Source: an uncultured Thermococci archaeon
Lineage (GTDB): Archaea; Methanobacteriota_B; Thermococci; Methanofastidiosales; B48-G16
Direction of reading: 5' to 3'
Assembly (NCBI GenBank): GCA_964595645.1
Contig: CAZQQT010000002.1
Coordinates: forward strand, 32,001 to 96,000
Length of the DNA stretch: 64,000 bases
This document shows, one piece after another, positions 20,425 to 30,327 of this stretch. The translations under genes and the position numbers were made by a program. The notes below the pieces were generated by a model that searched no databases, had not been told where the DNA came from, and saw nothing but the letters and a program-made list of their open reading frames with translations. Numbering within the stretch: position 1 is the first letter of the stretch; every line of letters starts with the position of its first letter.

Positions 20425-20768
20425 AAGAGGATTTCGAGCTTTTATGTGAGAGCGTCCTCGGTATACTTATCTATGGCTCCAAGGCCACAGGAGAAGAGAC
20501 GGAGAGAAGCGATACTGATGTCTGTGTTGTGGCACCAGGCAAGGAACGAGAGATCTATCGGGAGACACTTTCTCTCCCCTACGATGTCAGGATATTCGAG
20601 CTCATGCCACTGTACTTACAAATCGAAGTGATAGAACACCACATCCTCCTCTGTACGACGGATCGCTATGAACTCTACGAGTACTTCTATTCTTTTAGAA
20701 AGCGCTGGAAGGACCAAGCACAGAGGCAGAAACTCACAACGAAAGAAGCGCTGGAACTCTTCAAATAA
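20397..20768 (+). CDS. Minimal nucleotidyltransferase antitoxin
   Basis: YGSKATGEETERSDTDV (GSX10DXD). Confidence 0.88.
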   Translation: MDEREIEQIKEDFELLCESVLGILIYGSKATGEETERSDTDVCVVAPGKEREIYRETLSLPYDVRIFELMPLYLQIEVIEHHILLCTTDRYELYEYFYSFRKRWKDQAQRQKLTTKEALELFK

Positions 20769-20867
20769 GATGACGTAGATGTAGTGCTCATGAACAACGC
20801 CCCTATTTTTTCTCGTGCATTAATTCAACTGAAAAATTATTTATATCCACAGAAAAAAAGTACAGTA

Positions 20868-21251
20868 ATGCACATACAGGAACGGTACAGAAAAGCGGTG
20901 GACGAGTTTGTGCGAAGGGCGAAAGAGCAGTATGGGGATAGAATAGAAAAAATCATCTTATTTGGATCTGTCGCACGAGCAGAGGCACGAGCAGAGTCTG
21001 ATATCGATCTACTAGTGATAGGCGATGTAAGTGTAGAGGAATTAGTAGATCTATCCTTTCCAATCTTACTAAAACATGGCGAATTTATCTCAGCAAAAGA
21101 TATGAAAAAAAATCAATTTGAATTGTTAGCGAGAGAAAAATACTCATTTGTAAAAAATATTTTGGAAGAGGGGGTAGTGTTGTATGAAAGAGTGGAAGAA
21201 GCATCTGGAGAGGGCAGAAGAGAAGCTAAGATCAGCAAATATTTTATTTGA
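20868..21251 (+). CDS. Minimal nucleotidyltransferase
   Basis: LFGSVARAEARAESDIDLL. Confidence 0.9.
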   Translation: MHIQERYRKAVDEFVRRAKEQYGDRIEKIILFGSVARAEARAESDIDLLVIGDVSVEELVDLSFPILLKHGEFISAKDMKKNQFELLAREKYSFVKNILEEGVVLYERVEEASGEGRREAKISKYFI

Positions 21252-21550
21252 GAACAATATGGCCACTGACTCTATAAGTGAGGCGTACTACGTTATGTTT
21301 CATGCTGCAAAAGCGTTACTCGCATTGAAAAACATTTATCCAAAAACACATAGGGAGAGGGTTACAATTTGTCACTGAGGGACTTATTGAGGAACTATAT
21401 GCAAAGAGCTTGACAAAGGCAGAAATAAAGCGTGAAAAAGCAGATTATAATATTTACTACGAGCCGTCTAAAGAAGAGGCAGCATCCGTTGTAGAAGATG
21501 CAGAGAGATTTTTAGAGAGGATAAAGAGAGCGATAGAGGAAATAGAATAA
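21184..21550 (+). pseudogene. Frameshifted HEPN domain gene
   Basis: AYYVMFHAAKALL..PKTHR, then other frame GLQFVTEGLIEELYAKSL..REKADY..AERFLERI*. Confidence 0.8.
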
Positions 21551-21757
21551 GTTTCAGTGACGAACTTACGTTACACGTTTCTCCATTCTTATGGCAGTGT
21601 GAGTTCGTGAGTGTGCATCTATTGGAAAAGCGGTGGAGTGATTATCTTTTCTTCCCCTTGTTCCACATCAAATCGAAGTACTGTTTGAACCCATAGGAGA
21701 GACTGTGGTTTCGTGAGAGTACTATGTACATGAAGACAAAAAGTTTCATGAAATGCT

Positions 21758-23299
21758 TTAAATTTCTTCTCTTTCTTTTAACCCATCTATCATTTCTTTG
21801 AGTTTCTCTTTCTCACTTTTCTTTCTATATTGTATTGCTTTTGTTGCGAATATCGAATCTCCCTTGAAAATTTCCATACGTACCCTCCCATCTATATATA
21901 AGGGGATAGGAACATCAAATATGTGGAGAATTGTGGGAACAATATCAACGATCTCTGCGGTAACCTCTCTTCCTTCCACAATCTCTTTTCCGTACGCGAA
22001 GAAGACACCATGTTGCCTATGACCCGGTTGCGCTATTAGGTTCTTTCTTTTTTCGCTAATACCGTGTTCTTTCACTGTTACTATCAGATCTGGAAGTGCA
22101 GGATTCTGAATTGAATATAGTTCTTCTTTAGAGAAAATTTCTTTTATACTTTCTTCTTCAGATAATTTTTCTATGATTTCATTTCTAATTTCTCTATACT
22201 CAGATGTATCATCCTTTATTACTTCTTTATTAATGTATATATAAGAAGGGAATCCAACAGAATACGCCTGGGTACGTGACCAGTCAATACTATCATAAGA
22301 GAGAGTAGTACGCGCAGTTGAGAATTTTTTTAATCTTTTTATAATTGTTCTGGGTAAAAGTTTTACCAACTGGTGCAACCTTAGCGTTGTAGAGAGTTTT
22401 AACATAGTAGATTTATCAAGTCGAGATGTTTTCTCTTCTTTACTTTTTAAAAATCCATTTTCTGACAGCCATTTATTAAATGAAGGTATGAGTTCTAGAA
22501 GCCCGAACCCATGATCGGATACGATAAACAGTATCGTCTCTTCATCGATGTGCCGGAGGATCTGCCCCACAATATCATCTATTTTCATATATAGTCGTTC
22601 AATAGAATTGTTCAAGGTATTATTTTTTTCATATCCTATGTAGCGATCGTCCCAAAAACACCAGAAATTATGCTGGATCTTATCTGGATTTTGAAACTGA
22701 ACGATGTAGATATCACATTCCTTTTCTTCTAACACATGGAGGAATATCTCTTTCCTCTTCTCCATCGCCTGTAAAAGATGATCAAAAGAATAGATATTCA
22801 ACTGTTCCATTCCTTCTCCGTGGATCCCCTCATGCTCATGAAATGGATATTTTCCACAATTTTTTTCGATTTCCTCCAATAACGAAGAGGGATAGAACGC
22901 TTTACGTTTATCAGCGGTGAAGGGAAATCCGCTTATAAAGTAGCCGTTTATTTTCGGTGCGGGAAAGGACATTGGCAGGTTCATGACACATGACCTATAG
23001 TTGCTTAACAGATCCCACAGTGGAGGAACCTTGGAATCTTTCAATGTGCAGAGTCTCGTGCCACCATGATCTTTTTTTTCCTTTACGAAATCGTGAATCC
23101 TATGTTTATCTGAGTACACGCCGGTAAAAAAAGAGGGCCATGCAGGAGCTGTAAACGGGGGAATGGTCGATCGGAGAGGACCACTCACACCACCTTTCAT
23201 CACCTTTTCGAAATTTTTTAGCAGTCCCTTTGACACGAAATGGTGTATCAATTCAATATCTGCCGCATCTACTCCGATGACGACCACTCTTTTTTTCAT
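21758..23299 (-). CDS. AlkP-superfamily protein (NPP/type I phosphodiesterase-like)
   Basis: VIGVDA, STIPPFTAPAW..TG, DKIQH, SDHGF, GHRQHG. Confidence 0.88.
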   Translation of the reverse strand: MKKRVVVIGVDAADIELIHHFVSKGLLKNFEKVMKGGVSGPLRSTIPPFTAPAWPSFFTGVYSDKHRIHDFVKEKKDHGGTRLCTLKDSKVPPLWDLLSNYRSCVMNLPMSFPAPKINGYFISGFPFTADKRKAFYPSSLLEEIEKNCGKYPFHEHEGIHGEGMEQLNIYSFDHLLQAMEKRKEIFLHVLEEKECDIYIVQFQNPDKIQHNFWCFWDDRYIGYEKNNTLNNSIERLYMKIDDIVGQILRHIDEETILFIVSDHGFGLLELIPSFNKWLSENGFLKSKEEKTSRLDKSTMLKLSTTLRLHQLVKLLPRTIIKRLKKFSTARTTLSYDSIDWSRTQAYSVGFPSYIYINKEVIKDDTSEYREIRNEIIEKLSEEESIKEIFSKEELYSIQNPALPDLIVTVKEHGISEKRKNLIAQPGHRQHGVFFAYGKEIVEGREVTAEIVDIVPTILHIFDVPIPLYIDGRVRMEIFKGDSIFATKAIQYRKKSEKEKLKEMIDGLKEREEI

Positions 23300-23387
23300 A
23301 GTGTTCCCTTCATTCTTTTCTTTTTAATGATATCCTTACTGTGATAAGAGAAATCCTTAAAAACATGTGAGTATAGAACGACAATAC

Positions 23388-24641
23388 ATGAACATCTCAA
23401 TCATTGGTACAGGCTACGTCGGGCTCGTGACGGGAGCGTGTCTTGCCAATCTCGGCCATACCGTAATCTGTGTTGATATCATACAAGAGAAGGTGGATCT
23501 TATTAATGATAAACAGTCACCAATTTACGAAGAGGGACTGGAGGAAATCCTGCAGGAGACAGTAGGGACAACGCTGTCAGCCACCACGGACCTCAAAAAA
23601 GCTGTCCTTCAGTCTGATATCACGTTTATTTGTGTAGGCACGCCCTCAAAGGAAGATGGATCCATCGATGTCACGGATGTAGCACGCGCTGCAGGGCAGG
23701 TAGGTGCTGCACTCACAGAAAAGAAGAAATACCATCTTGTTGTGGCAAAATCCACGGTTGTTCCGGGAACAACAGAGAAAATAAAAAAAATCATAGAAGA
23801 AACCTCAGGAAACCAACACTTCGGCATCTGTATGAATCCCGAGTTTCTTAGAGAGGGAAAAGCAGTCCACGATTTTATGCATCCCGATCGGATTATAATC
23901 GGCGCCGATGAGAAAAAAAGCGGCGATATGCTCGGCGAACTCTACAAAGATTTTTCATGCCCGATCCTCCGCGTTGATATACGAACGGCAGAGATGATAA
24001 AGTACGCGTCCAACGCGTTTCTCGCAACGAAAATCTCGTTTATCAATGAGATCGGGAACATCTGCAAGAAACTTGGTATTGAAGTGTACGATGTCGCCGA
24101 AGGTATGGGGTTAGACTCGCGGATCTCGCCGAAGTTCCTCCGAGCGGGCTGTGGATTCGGTGGATCATGTTTTCCTAAGGATGTGAAGGCACTGATCGCG
24201 AGAGCGAAGGAGCTGAACTACGATCCCACGCTCCTCGAAAGTGTGATGGACGTGAATGAACGGCAGCCGTTGCGCATGATCGAGCTGCTGAAAAAGAAAA
24301 TTGGATCGCTTGAACATAAAAATATCGGTGTGTTGGGCCTCGCTTTCAAGCCCGAGAGCGACGATATCAGAGAATCCCCCGCGATCCCAATCATCCAGAA
24401 GTTAATAGGCGAACATGCGAATGTCTACGCGTACGATCCTAAAGCGATGGACAATATGAAGGAATATTTCCCAAACATCATGTATAAAGAGAACGCGCAG
24501 AGCGTGATAAACAAAACTGAGGATGTGTTAATAGTTACAGCATGGCAGGAGTTTAAAAATCTCGATTATAAAAAGAAAATAGTAATCGATGGTAGAAAAG
24601 TCCTCGAGAAAAGAAACAACTACGAGGGGATATGTTGGTGA
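23388..24641 (+). CDS. ugd: UDP-glucose 6-dehydrogenase
   Basis: GTGYVG, CVGTP, KSTV, NPEFLREG, GFGGSCFPKD. Confidence 0.95.
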   Translation: MNISIIGTGYVGLVTGACLANLGHTVICVDIIQEKVDLINDKQSPIYEEGLEEILQETVGTTLSATTDLKKAVLQSDITFICVGTPSKEDGSIDVTDVARAAGQVGAALTEKKKYHLVVAKSTVVPGTTEKIKKIIEETSGNQHFGICMNPEFLREGKAVHDFMHPDRIIIGADEKKSGDMLGELYKDFSCPILRVDIRTAEMIKYASNAFLATKISFINEIGNICKKLGIEVYDVAEGMGLDSRISPKFLRAGCGFGGSCFPKDVKALIARAKELNYDPTLLESVMDVNERQPLRMIELLKKKIGSLEHKNIGVLGLAFKPESDDIRESPAIPIIQKLIGEHANVYAYDPKAMDNMKEYFPNIMYKENAQSVINKTEDVLIVTAWQEFKNLDYKKKIVIDGRKVLEKRNNYEGICW

Positions 24642-24645
24642 GACG

Positions 24646-25500
24646 ATGAAAGCGGTCATTCCTGCGGCGGGGCTGGGCACGCGGTTTCTTCCCGCAACAA
24701 AGGCAATGCCCAAGGAGATGCTCCCTGTGGTGGACAAACCGACGATCCAGTACGTGGTAGAGGAGGCCATCGCCTCGGACATTGGGGATATCCTCATTAT
24801 CACGGGGAGAGGGAAACGGGCCATCGAGGATCACTTCGATAAAAGCTTTGAGCTGGAGTATATTCTTGGGGAGAGAAACGAGATCGATCTGTTAACCAAA
24901 GTAAAAAATATCTCAGATCTCGCAGATATCCACTACATCCGACAGAAAGAACAGAAAGGCTTAGGAGATGCGGTCTACTGTGCACGGAAGTTCATCGATA
25001 ACGAACCCTTCGCCGTCCTCCTCGGTGATGATATCGTCCACGCTCCAACACCGTGCACACATCAATTGCTGGATGTATACAGGAAGTACCACACGTCAGT
25101 GGTAGCGCTGGAGGAAGTACCGAAGGAGCAAGTATCACAGTATGGAATAGTACAAGCTGAGAAGGTAAACGATAGACTCTACAAGCTTCAGGATGTAATA
25201 GAGAAACCTACCATGGAAGAAGCGCCGTCCACGCTCTCCGTTCCTGGACGTTACATCCTCACACCCACAATTTTTGAGTGCATCGAGAAAACGACCCCGG
25301 GGAAAGGCAATGAGATCCAGCTCACCGATGCATTGCGATTATTGCTGGATCAGGAAGAGATCTATGGATACACATTTGAGGGAAGACGGTACGACGTGGG
25401 AAATAAGGTTGGGTATATCAAAGCGACACTCGAACTCGCGCTGGAACGGGAGGAGTTAGGAGAAAAGGTAAGAGAGTATTTGGAGGAAATAAAAAAGTAG
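24646..25500 (+). CDS. galU: UTP--glucose-1-phosphate uridylyltransferase
   Basis: AAGLGTRFLPATKAMPKEMLP, GLGDAV, EIQLTDA. Confidence 0.95.
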   Translation: MKAVIPAAGLGTRFLPATKAMPKEMLPVVDKPTIQYVVEEAIASDIGDILIITGRGKRAIEDHFDKSFELEYILGERNEIDLLTKVKNISDLADIHYIRQKEQKGLGDAVYCARKFIDNEPFAVLLGDDIVHAPTPCTHQLLDVYRKYHTSVVALEEVPKEQVSQYGIVQAEKVNDRLYKLQDVIEKPTMEEAPSTLSVPGRYILTPTIFECIEKTTPGKGNEIQLTDALRLLLDQEEIYGYTFEGRRYDVGNKVGYIKATLELALEREELGEKVREYLEEIKK

Positions 25501-25515
25501 GATTTTATTGAAGGA

Positions 25516-26586
25516 TCACAACTCTACTTGAGAATTATCCCCTAGTATCAACTTATGCCCCTTTGGGAGAGTATTGGATGAAGAGTTGATCTCACACCCG
25601 CTTCCAATCAAACTATCAAAAATTCGTTTGCCATCAATGATTTTTGTGTTATTCATCACGATTGACGATTCAACTTCAGTCTCTTGTATCGTCACGTTGT
25701 TGCCGATGGAAGTATATGGGCCAATGTATGCGTTAGGACCAACAGTACAATTTTTCCCAATAACACACGGGCCGCTCAGCACGCACCCCTCTTTTATCAC
25801 GCTTCCTTTTCCTAGGGATACTCTTCCCCTTATTTTTACTCCTTCTTCTACCATCCCATTATTAGTTGTCGAAATCCCATCCAGTATCAAATGATTTGCC
25901 TCCAGAATATCCTCAGGTTTGCCAGTGTCTTTCCACCAGTGTTCTGTGATAGACGCATTGATACTATGACCATGATCCATCAGCCACTGGATTGCATCGG
26001 TAATTTCTAACTCATCGCGCCATGAGGGGGAGATATTGTTTACCGCCTCGAAAACAGGTGCTCGGAATGCGTAGATCCCCACCAACGCTAAATCTGAAGG
26101 AGGGTCCTTCGGTTTCTCGATGAGTTGGACAACATTTCCATTATCATCTAGCTTTGCGACGCCGAACTGCTGCGGATTTCTCACATGGGTGAGAAGAATG
26201 TTCGCTGCACATCCTGAACGCTCAAACTCCTGCACGAACTGTTGGATTCCCTCTTTCAGTAAGTTATCGCCTAGGTACATCACGAAGGGATCGTCTTGGA
26301 TAAATTCTTGTGAGATTAACACTGCATGAGCCAGTCCCTTCGGGTATTTCTGTTCGATGTACGTGATACTCACTCCCCATCGTTCTCCATTGCCGATAGT
26401 CTCCATCACCTGCTCCTTGTTGGGGCCGTATACAACGCCAATATCGGTGATTCCAGCCTCGACAAGATCTTCTATTGCGTAGAATACTATTGGTTTGTTG
26501 GCGACCGGTATCAGCTGTTTTTGACTTGTGTGTGTGATCGGTCGTAGTCGTGTACCAAATCCTCCTGTGAGTACTAACCCTTTCAT
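25516..26586 (-). CDS. rmlA: Glucose-1-phosphate thymidylyltransferase, long form
   Basis: GGFGTRLRPIT..KQLIPVANKP, ELEITDA, WKDTG, C-terminal hexapeptide repeats. Confidence 0.92.
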   Translation of the reverse strand: MKGLVLTGGFGTRLRPITHTSQKQLIPVANKPIVFYAIEDLVEAGITDIGVVYGPNKEQVMETIGNGERWGVSITYIEQKYPKGLAHAVLISQEFIQDDPFVMYLGDNLLKEGIQQFVQEFERSGCAANILLTHVRNPQQFGVAKLDDNGNVVQLIEKPKDPPSDLALVGIYAFRAPVFEAVNNISPSWRDELEITDAIQWLMDHGHSINASITEHWWKDTGKPEDILEANHLILDGISTTNNGMVEEGVKIRGRVSLGKGSVIKEGCVLSGPCVIGKNCTVGPNAYIGPYTSIGNNVTIQETEVESSIVMNNTKIIDGKRIFDSLIGSGCEINSSSNTLPKGHKLILGDNSQVEL

Positions 26587-27401
26587 GCTCTCATCCTCTG
26601 TAATCCTTTCTCTATCCCTACTAGATCTGTGTCTATTTTATTTTTAATTTTTTCTATCGAAAGTGACGAGTCCCGTGGTCTTCTTGCTATTTGATCTAAC
26701 TCTTCACTGATAATAGGTGTAATTAAACCTTTATCTAGGTCAAAAACTTCGGCAATTTTTAACGTGAAATCGTGTCTATTAACTCTTTCACTTCCTGCAG
26801 TGTGGTGCACACCGTGGAGGTTGTTCTCAGCGATTTCTAATAATACTTCCGCTAGATTATCTGCCGATGTGGGCGAGGTGTACTGATCTGTTACAATTTG
26901 TATCTTGTCATTCTTTTTTAGTTGTTTGATAACCCATGTGACGAAGTTCAGTCGTTCATGCCATCCATAGAGGACACTCGTCCGTGCGATCACATAGTCT
27001 TCACAAATTTCTTTGACTTTACGTTCTCCTTCTAGTTTCGTCTTTCCGTAGTAGTTGATAGGATGTGGTTCATCCGTTTCTTTGTACATCCCATTCTCCC
27101 CATCGAAAACGTAGTCTGTGGAGACGTAGATCATTCTAGCATCTACTTCCTGGCACGCCTTCGCAACATTCTCGGTTCCCTTCACGTTGACGTTCCACGC
27201 CTTTTCTTTCTCTACCTCACACCCATCGACATCTGTGAAGGCAGCACAGTGAATCACGACATCAGGGTTACTCCTACGAATGGATCTTCTAATTTTTTCT
27301 GTTGTAATGTCCACCCATCCCTGTGGGTAGACTTTACTATTCGAACAGTGAACAATTTTACTTCCTAAAAGTCCTGTCTGCCCAGTAACGAAGAGCTTCA
27401 A
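26583..27401 (-). CDS. rmlD: dTDP-4-dehydrorhamnose reductase
   Basis: TGQTGLLG, HCAAFTDVD, STDYVFDG, YGKTKLEGE. Confidence 0.93.
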   Translation of the reverse strand: MKLFVTGQTGLLGSKIVHCSNSKVYPQGWVDITTEKIRRSIRRSNPDVVIHCAAFTDVDGCEVEKEKAWNVNVKGTENVAKACQEVDARMIYVSTDYVFDGENGMYKETDEPHPINYYGKTKLEGERKVKEICEDYVIARTSVLYGWHERLNFVTWVIKQLKKNDKIQIVTDQYTSPTSADNLAEVLLEIAENNLHGVHHTAGSERVNRHDFTLKIAEVFDLDKGLITPIISEELDQIARRPRDSSLSIEKIKNKIDTDLVGIEKGLQRMRA

Positions 27402-27467
27402 TTGATCACCTACAATACTATGAGAGTAAAATATTTAAGTATTATCTCATTGTATATAGTGATTTTT

Positions 27468-27935
27468 ATGATAGAAGGTGTTGAAACAAAGAAATTAAAG
27501 GTAATTCCTGATGAACGCGGTTGGCTCATGGAGATTTTACGCTGTGATGATGATCTTTTCGAGAAGTTCGGCCAGGTGTACATTACCACTGCGTACCCTG
27601 GCATAGTCAAAGCGTGGCACTACCATAAGAAGCAGACCGACAACTTCACCTGTGTAAAGGGAATGATGAAGGTCGCCCTTTGCGATGGACGGGAGGATTC
27701 ATCCACATACAACGAGGTAAACGAGTTCTTTGTGGGAGAGAAAAATCCTCTGATGATAAAAGTTCCGCCCTTTGTGTACCATGGATTCAAAGCTATTGGA
27801 AATGAGACTGCGTATTTCTTAAGCGTCCCCACACTTCCGTACAACTACGAGGAGCCAGATGAGTACAGACTACCTCCCGACACCGATGAGATCCCCTACA
27901 ACTGGATCCTAGATCCCCATAAAAAACACGGGTGA
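27468..27935 (+). CDS. rmlC: dTDP-4-dehydrorhamnose 3,5-epimerase
   Basis: DERGWL, KAWHYHKKQ, HGF cupin. Confidence 0.9.
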   Translation: MIEGVETKKLKVIPDERGWLMEILRCDDDLFEKFGQVYITTAYPGIVKAWHYHKKQTDNFTCVKGMMKVALCDGREDSSTYNEVNEFFVGEKNPLMIKVPPFVYHGFKAIGNETAYFLSVPTLPYNYEEPDEYRLPPDTDEIPYNWILDPHKKHG

Positions 27936-27939
27936 GACG

Positions 27940-28893
27940 GTGAAGCTTTTAGTGACTGGTGGCGCAGGATTTATCGGGAGTAATTTCATCCGATACATGC
28001 TCGATACGTATCCTGATTATGAAATCATCAATTTGGATAAGCTCACCTACGCAGGGAACCTGGACAACTTACGGGATGTGGAGGATGATCCACGGTACAC
28101 GTTCATTAAAGGCGATATCTGTGATAAAACAGTTGTGAAGAAAGCAATGAGAGATTGCGATGTTGCGATCAATTTCGCTGCTGAAAGCCATGTCGATAGG
28201 AGCATTGAAGGACCAGAGCCATTTATCAACACAGACGTCTTCGGTACCTTCGTCTTACTCGAAATGGCAAAAAAGTATGAACTAGAAAAATACGTTCAAA
28301 TTTCTACTGATGAAGTCTACGGTTCGATTCGAGAAGGATCCTTTAAAGAAACGGATCCACTCAAACCAAACTCACCATACTCGGCCTCAAAGGCTTCCGC
28401 CGATCTCTTGGCGAGGTCGTACTATGAAACCTACGGACTACCCGTAGTAATCACTCGTTCCAGCAACAACTACGGTCCGTACCAGTATCCAGAAAAGCTG
28501 ATCCCTTTGTTCACGATCAACGCGCTGAATAATGAGCCACTCCCTGTGTACGGTACCGGAGAGAACGTGAGGGACTGGCTCTACGTTCTTGATAATTGTT
28601 CGGGAATTGATACCGTTTTACATAAGGGAAAAGTTGGCGAAGTATATAATATCGGAGGCAACACAGAAAAAACGAACTTTGAAATCACTCGCTTCATTCT
28701 CGAAGAATTGGATAAACCCGAATCACTGATAGAGTTTGTGGAGGATAGACAGGGGCATGACTTCCGCTATGCGCTCGATACAACAAAAATCGAGCACATA
28801 GGGTGGGAACAGAAACATGAATTTGAAGATGCGATAAAGGAGACCATCGAGTGGTACAAAGCGAACGAGTGGTGGTGGAGAAAGGTAGTATAG
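27940..28893 (+). CDS. rmlB: dTDP-glucose 4,6-dehydratase
   Basis: TGGAGFIG, AAESHVDRSI, STDEVYG, YSASK. Confidence 0.96.
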   Translation: MKLLVTGGAGFIGSNFIRYMLDTYPDYEIINLDKLTYAGNLDNLRDVEDDPRYTFIKGDICDKTVVKKAMRDCDVAINFAAESHVDRSIEGPEPFINTDVFGTFVLLEMAKKYELEKYVQISTDEVYGSIREGSFKETDPLKPNSPYSASKASADLLARSYYETYGLPVVITRSSNNYGPYQYPEKLIPLFTINALNNEPLPVYGTGENVRDWLYVLDNCSGIDTVLHKGKVGEVYNIGGNTEKTNFEITRFILEELDKPESLIEFVEDRQGHDFRYALDTTKIEHIGWEQKHEFEDAIKETIEWYKANEWWWRKVV

Positions 28894-28899
28894 GGATTT

Positions 28900-30300
28900 T
28901 CATAATTTCCCTTGCTTTTTCAGCTGCTCAATTTTTCCTCCGATCTTAATTTTCTCTATTTCTAATTTTTTTCCTGTTTCAAGATCTTCTAATTTTTTTA
29001 ATAGCTCTTTTCTAAGTTTTTCTACCTTTCCCATTCTTTCTGAGGATATATCTCTAATTTCTCTTGGATCTTCTTTTAAATCATAAAGTTCCATCTTTTT
29101 ACCCTTACAAATTAGTTTATAACGATCTGTTCTGTAACAATGCAACGTTATACCATTTTTAAAGGATTTTTTCTGATTGGGGTATGTACATTGAATTCCT
29201 TGAGAAAGCACAGTAGTTTTAGAAGAATTTTTTGATACAGAATTACCCATAAAATCAGATGATTTTTCTATATCAAGTATATCCATAAGTGTGGGAGCTA
29301 TATCAATCAGTCCAACTTGGGTTTTGAATTCTCTTTCATTCGAAATACGAGTTAGAATGTCTTTTGACTTACTCCAAAAAATTAAGGGGATATGTATTAG
29401 TTCATCAAAGAAATTAATTGGCATGTTTCTACCACCGTGACCATAATATTCTCTTTCACCTAGTGCTTGACCGTGATCTGCTGTAATAATTAGGAGGGTT
29501 TTCTTAAGATCACATAATTTCTCTAATTTTTCCATTAGTTCTCTTATTTTTTCATTTACACACCTAATTTCATTATCATAGAGATCAATGATCTTTTTTC
29601 TTCCTTTCAACGATAGACTATTAGGATCGTGTATTGTTTTATCCATAAGCTCTTTAATTTTCTCTTTCGGAATTTTTTCCCCAAAAAAAATCTTTTTAGG
29701 GATATATGGTTCGTGCACATCCATGTAATGGATCCAAAGGTAGAATCTTTTTTTTAATCGGTTTTCTAGAGAAGAAATAACTTCTTCATTAATTCTATCG
29801 GCACTGCTATATGGAGGGACTATCTTTTTTTCTCTAAAAACATCATATGCATTTTTAATAATATTATAAAATAAAGAATCTTTTTTAGTGTATCTCGTGA
29901 ATATTTTCTTTATTTTTGCCACACTCTTTCTTCGTACTCCAGTAATCAATGGATCTGTAAAAATTTCAAATCCCTTACTATAATTATACAGAGAAAAAAA
30001 GGGATTGGAATGAACTCCTATTGTGGAAAATCCTTCTTTATTTAGAGTTTCTGCGAGAGTAGTCCGTGTAGAAAGATCTGTATAATCACCTCCTCGAGTC
30101 AAAGGATACGTTGATGTTTGAAGGGAGGTAATTGATGCGGTGGTATAAGGGGCACTTGCTATAGCTTTTTTGAAAATAATACCCTCTCTAGCTAATCTAT
30201 CGATTGTTGGGCTAGTATTTCTTTTATAACCGTAGCAGCTCAGGTGATCTGCTCTTAAAGCGTCAATTGTGATCAAAATTATGTTTTCTATATCTTTCAC
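28900..30300 (-). CDS. Sulfatase-like AlkP protein lacking CxPxR
   Basis: ITIDALRADHL, PYTTASI, HYMDVHEPY, ADHG. Confidence 0.88.
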   Translation of the reverse strand: MKDIENIILITIDALRADHLSCYGYKRNTSPTIDRLAREGIIFKKAIASAPYTTASITSLQTSTYPLTRGGDYTDLSTRTTLAETLNKEGFSTIGVHSNPFFSLYNYSKGFEIFTDPLITGVRRKSVAKIKKIFTRYTKKDSLFYNIIKNAYDVFREKKIVPPYSSADRINEEVISSLENRLKKRFYLWIHYMDVHEPYIPKKIFFGEKIPKEKIKELMDKTIHDPNSLSLKGRKKIIDLYDNEIRCVNEKIRELMEKLEKLCDLKKTLLIITADHGQALGEREYYGHGGRNMPINFFDELIHIPLIFWSKSKDILTRISNEREFKTQVGLIDIAPTLMDILDIEKSSDFMGNSVSKNSSKTTVLSQGIQCTYPNQKKSFKNGITLHCYRTDRYKLICKGKKMELYDLKEDPREIRDISSERMGKVEKLRKELLKKLEDLETGKKLEIEKIKIGGKIEQLKKQGKL

Positions 30301-30327
30301 TTTTACACCTATTATGTAGAGGTTTCA

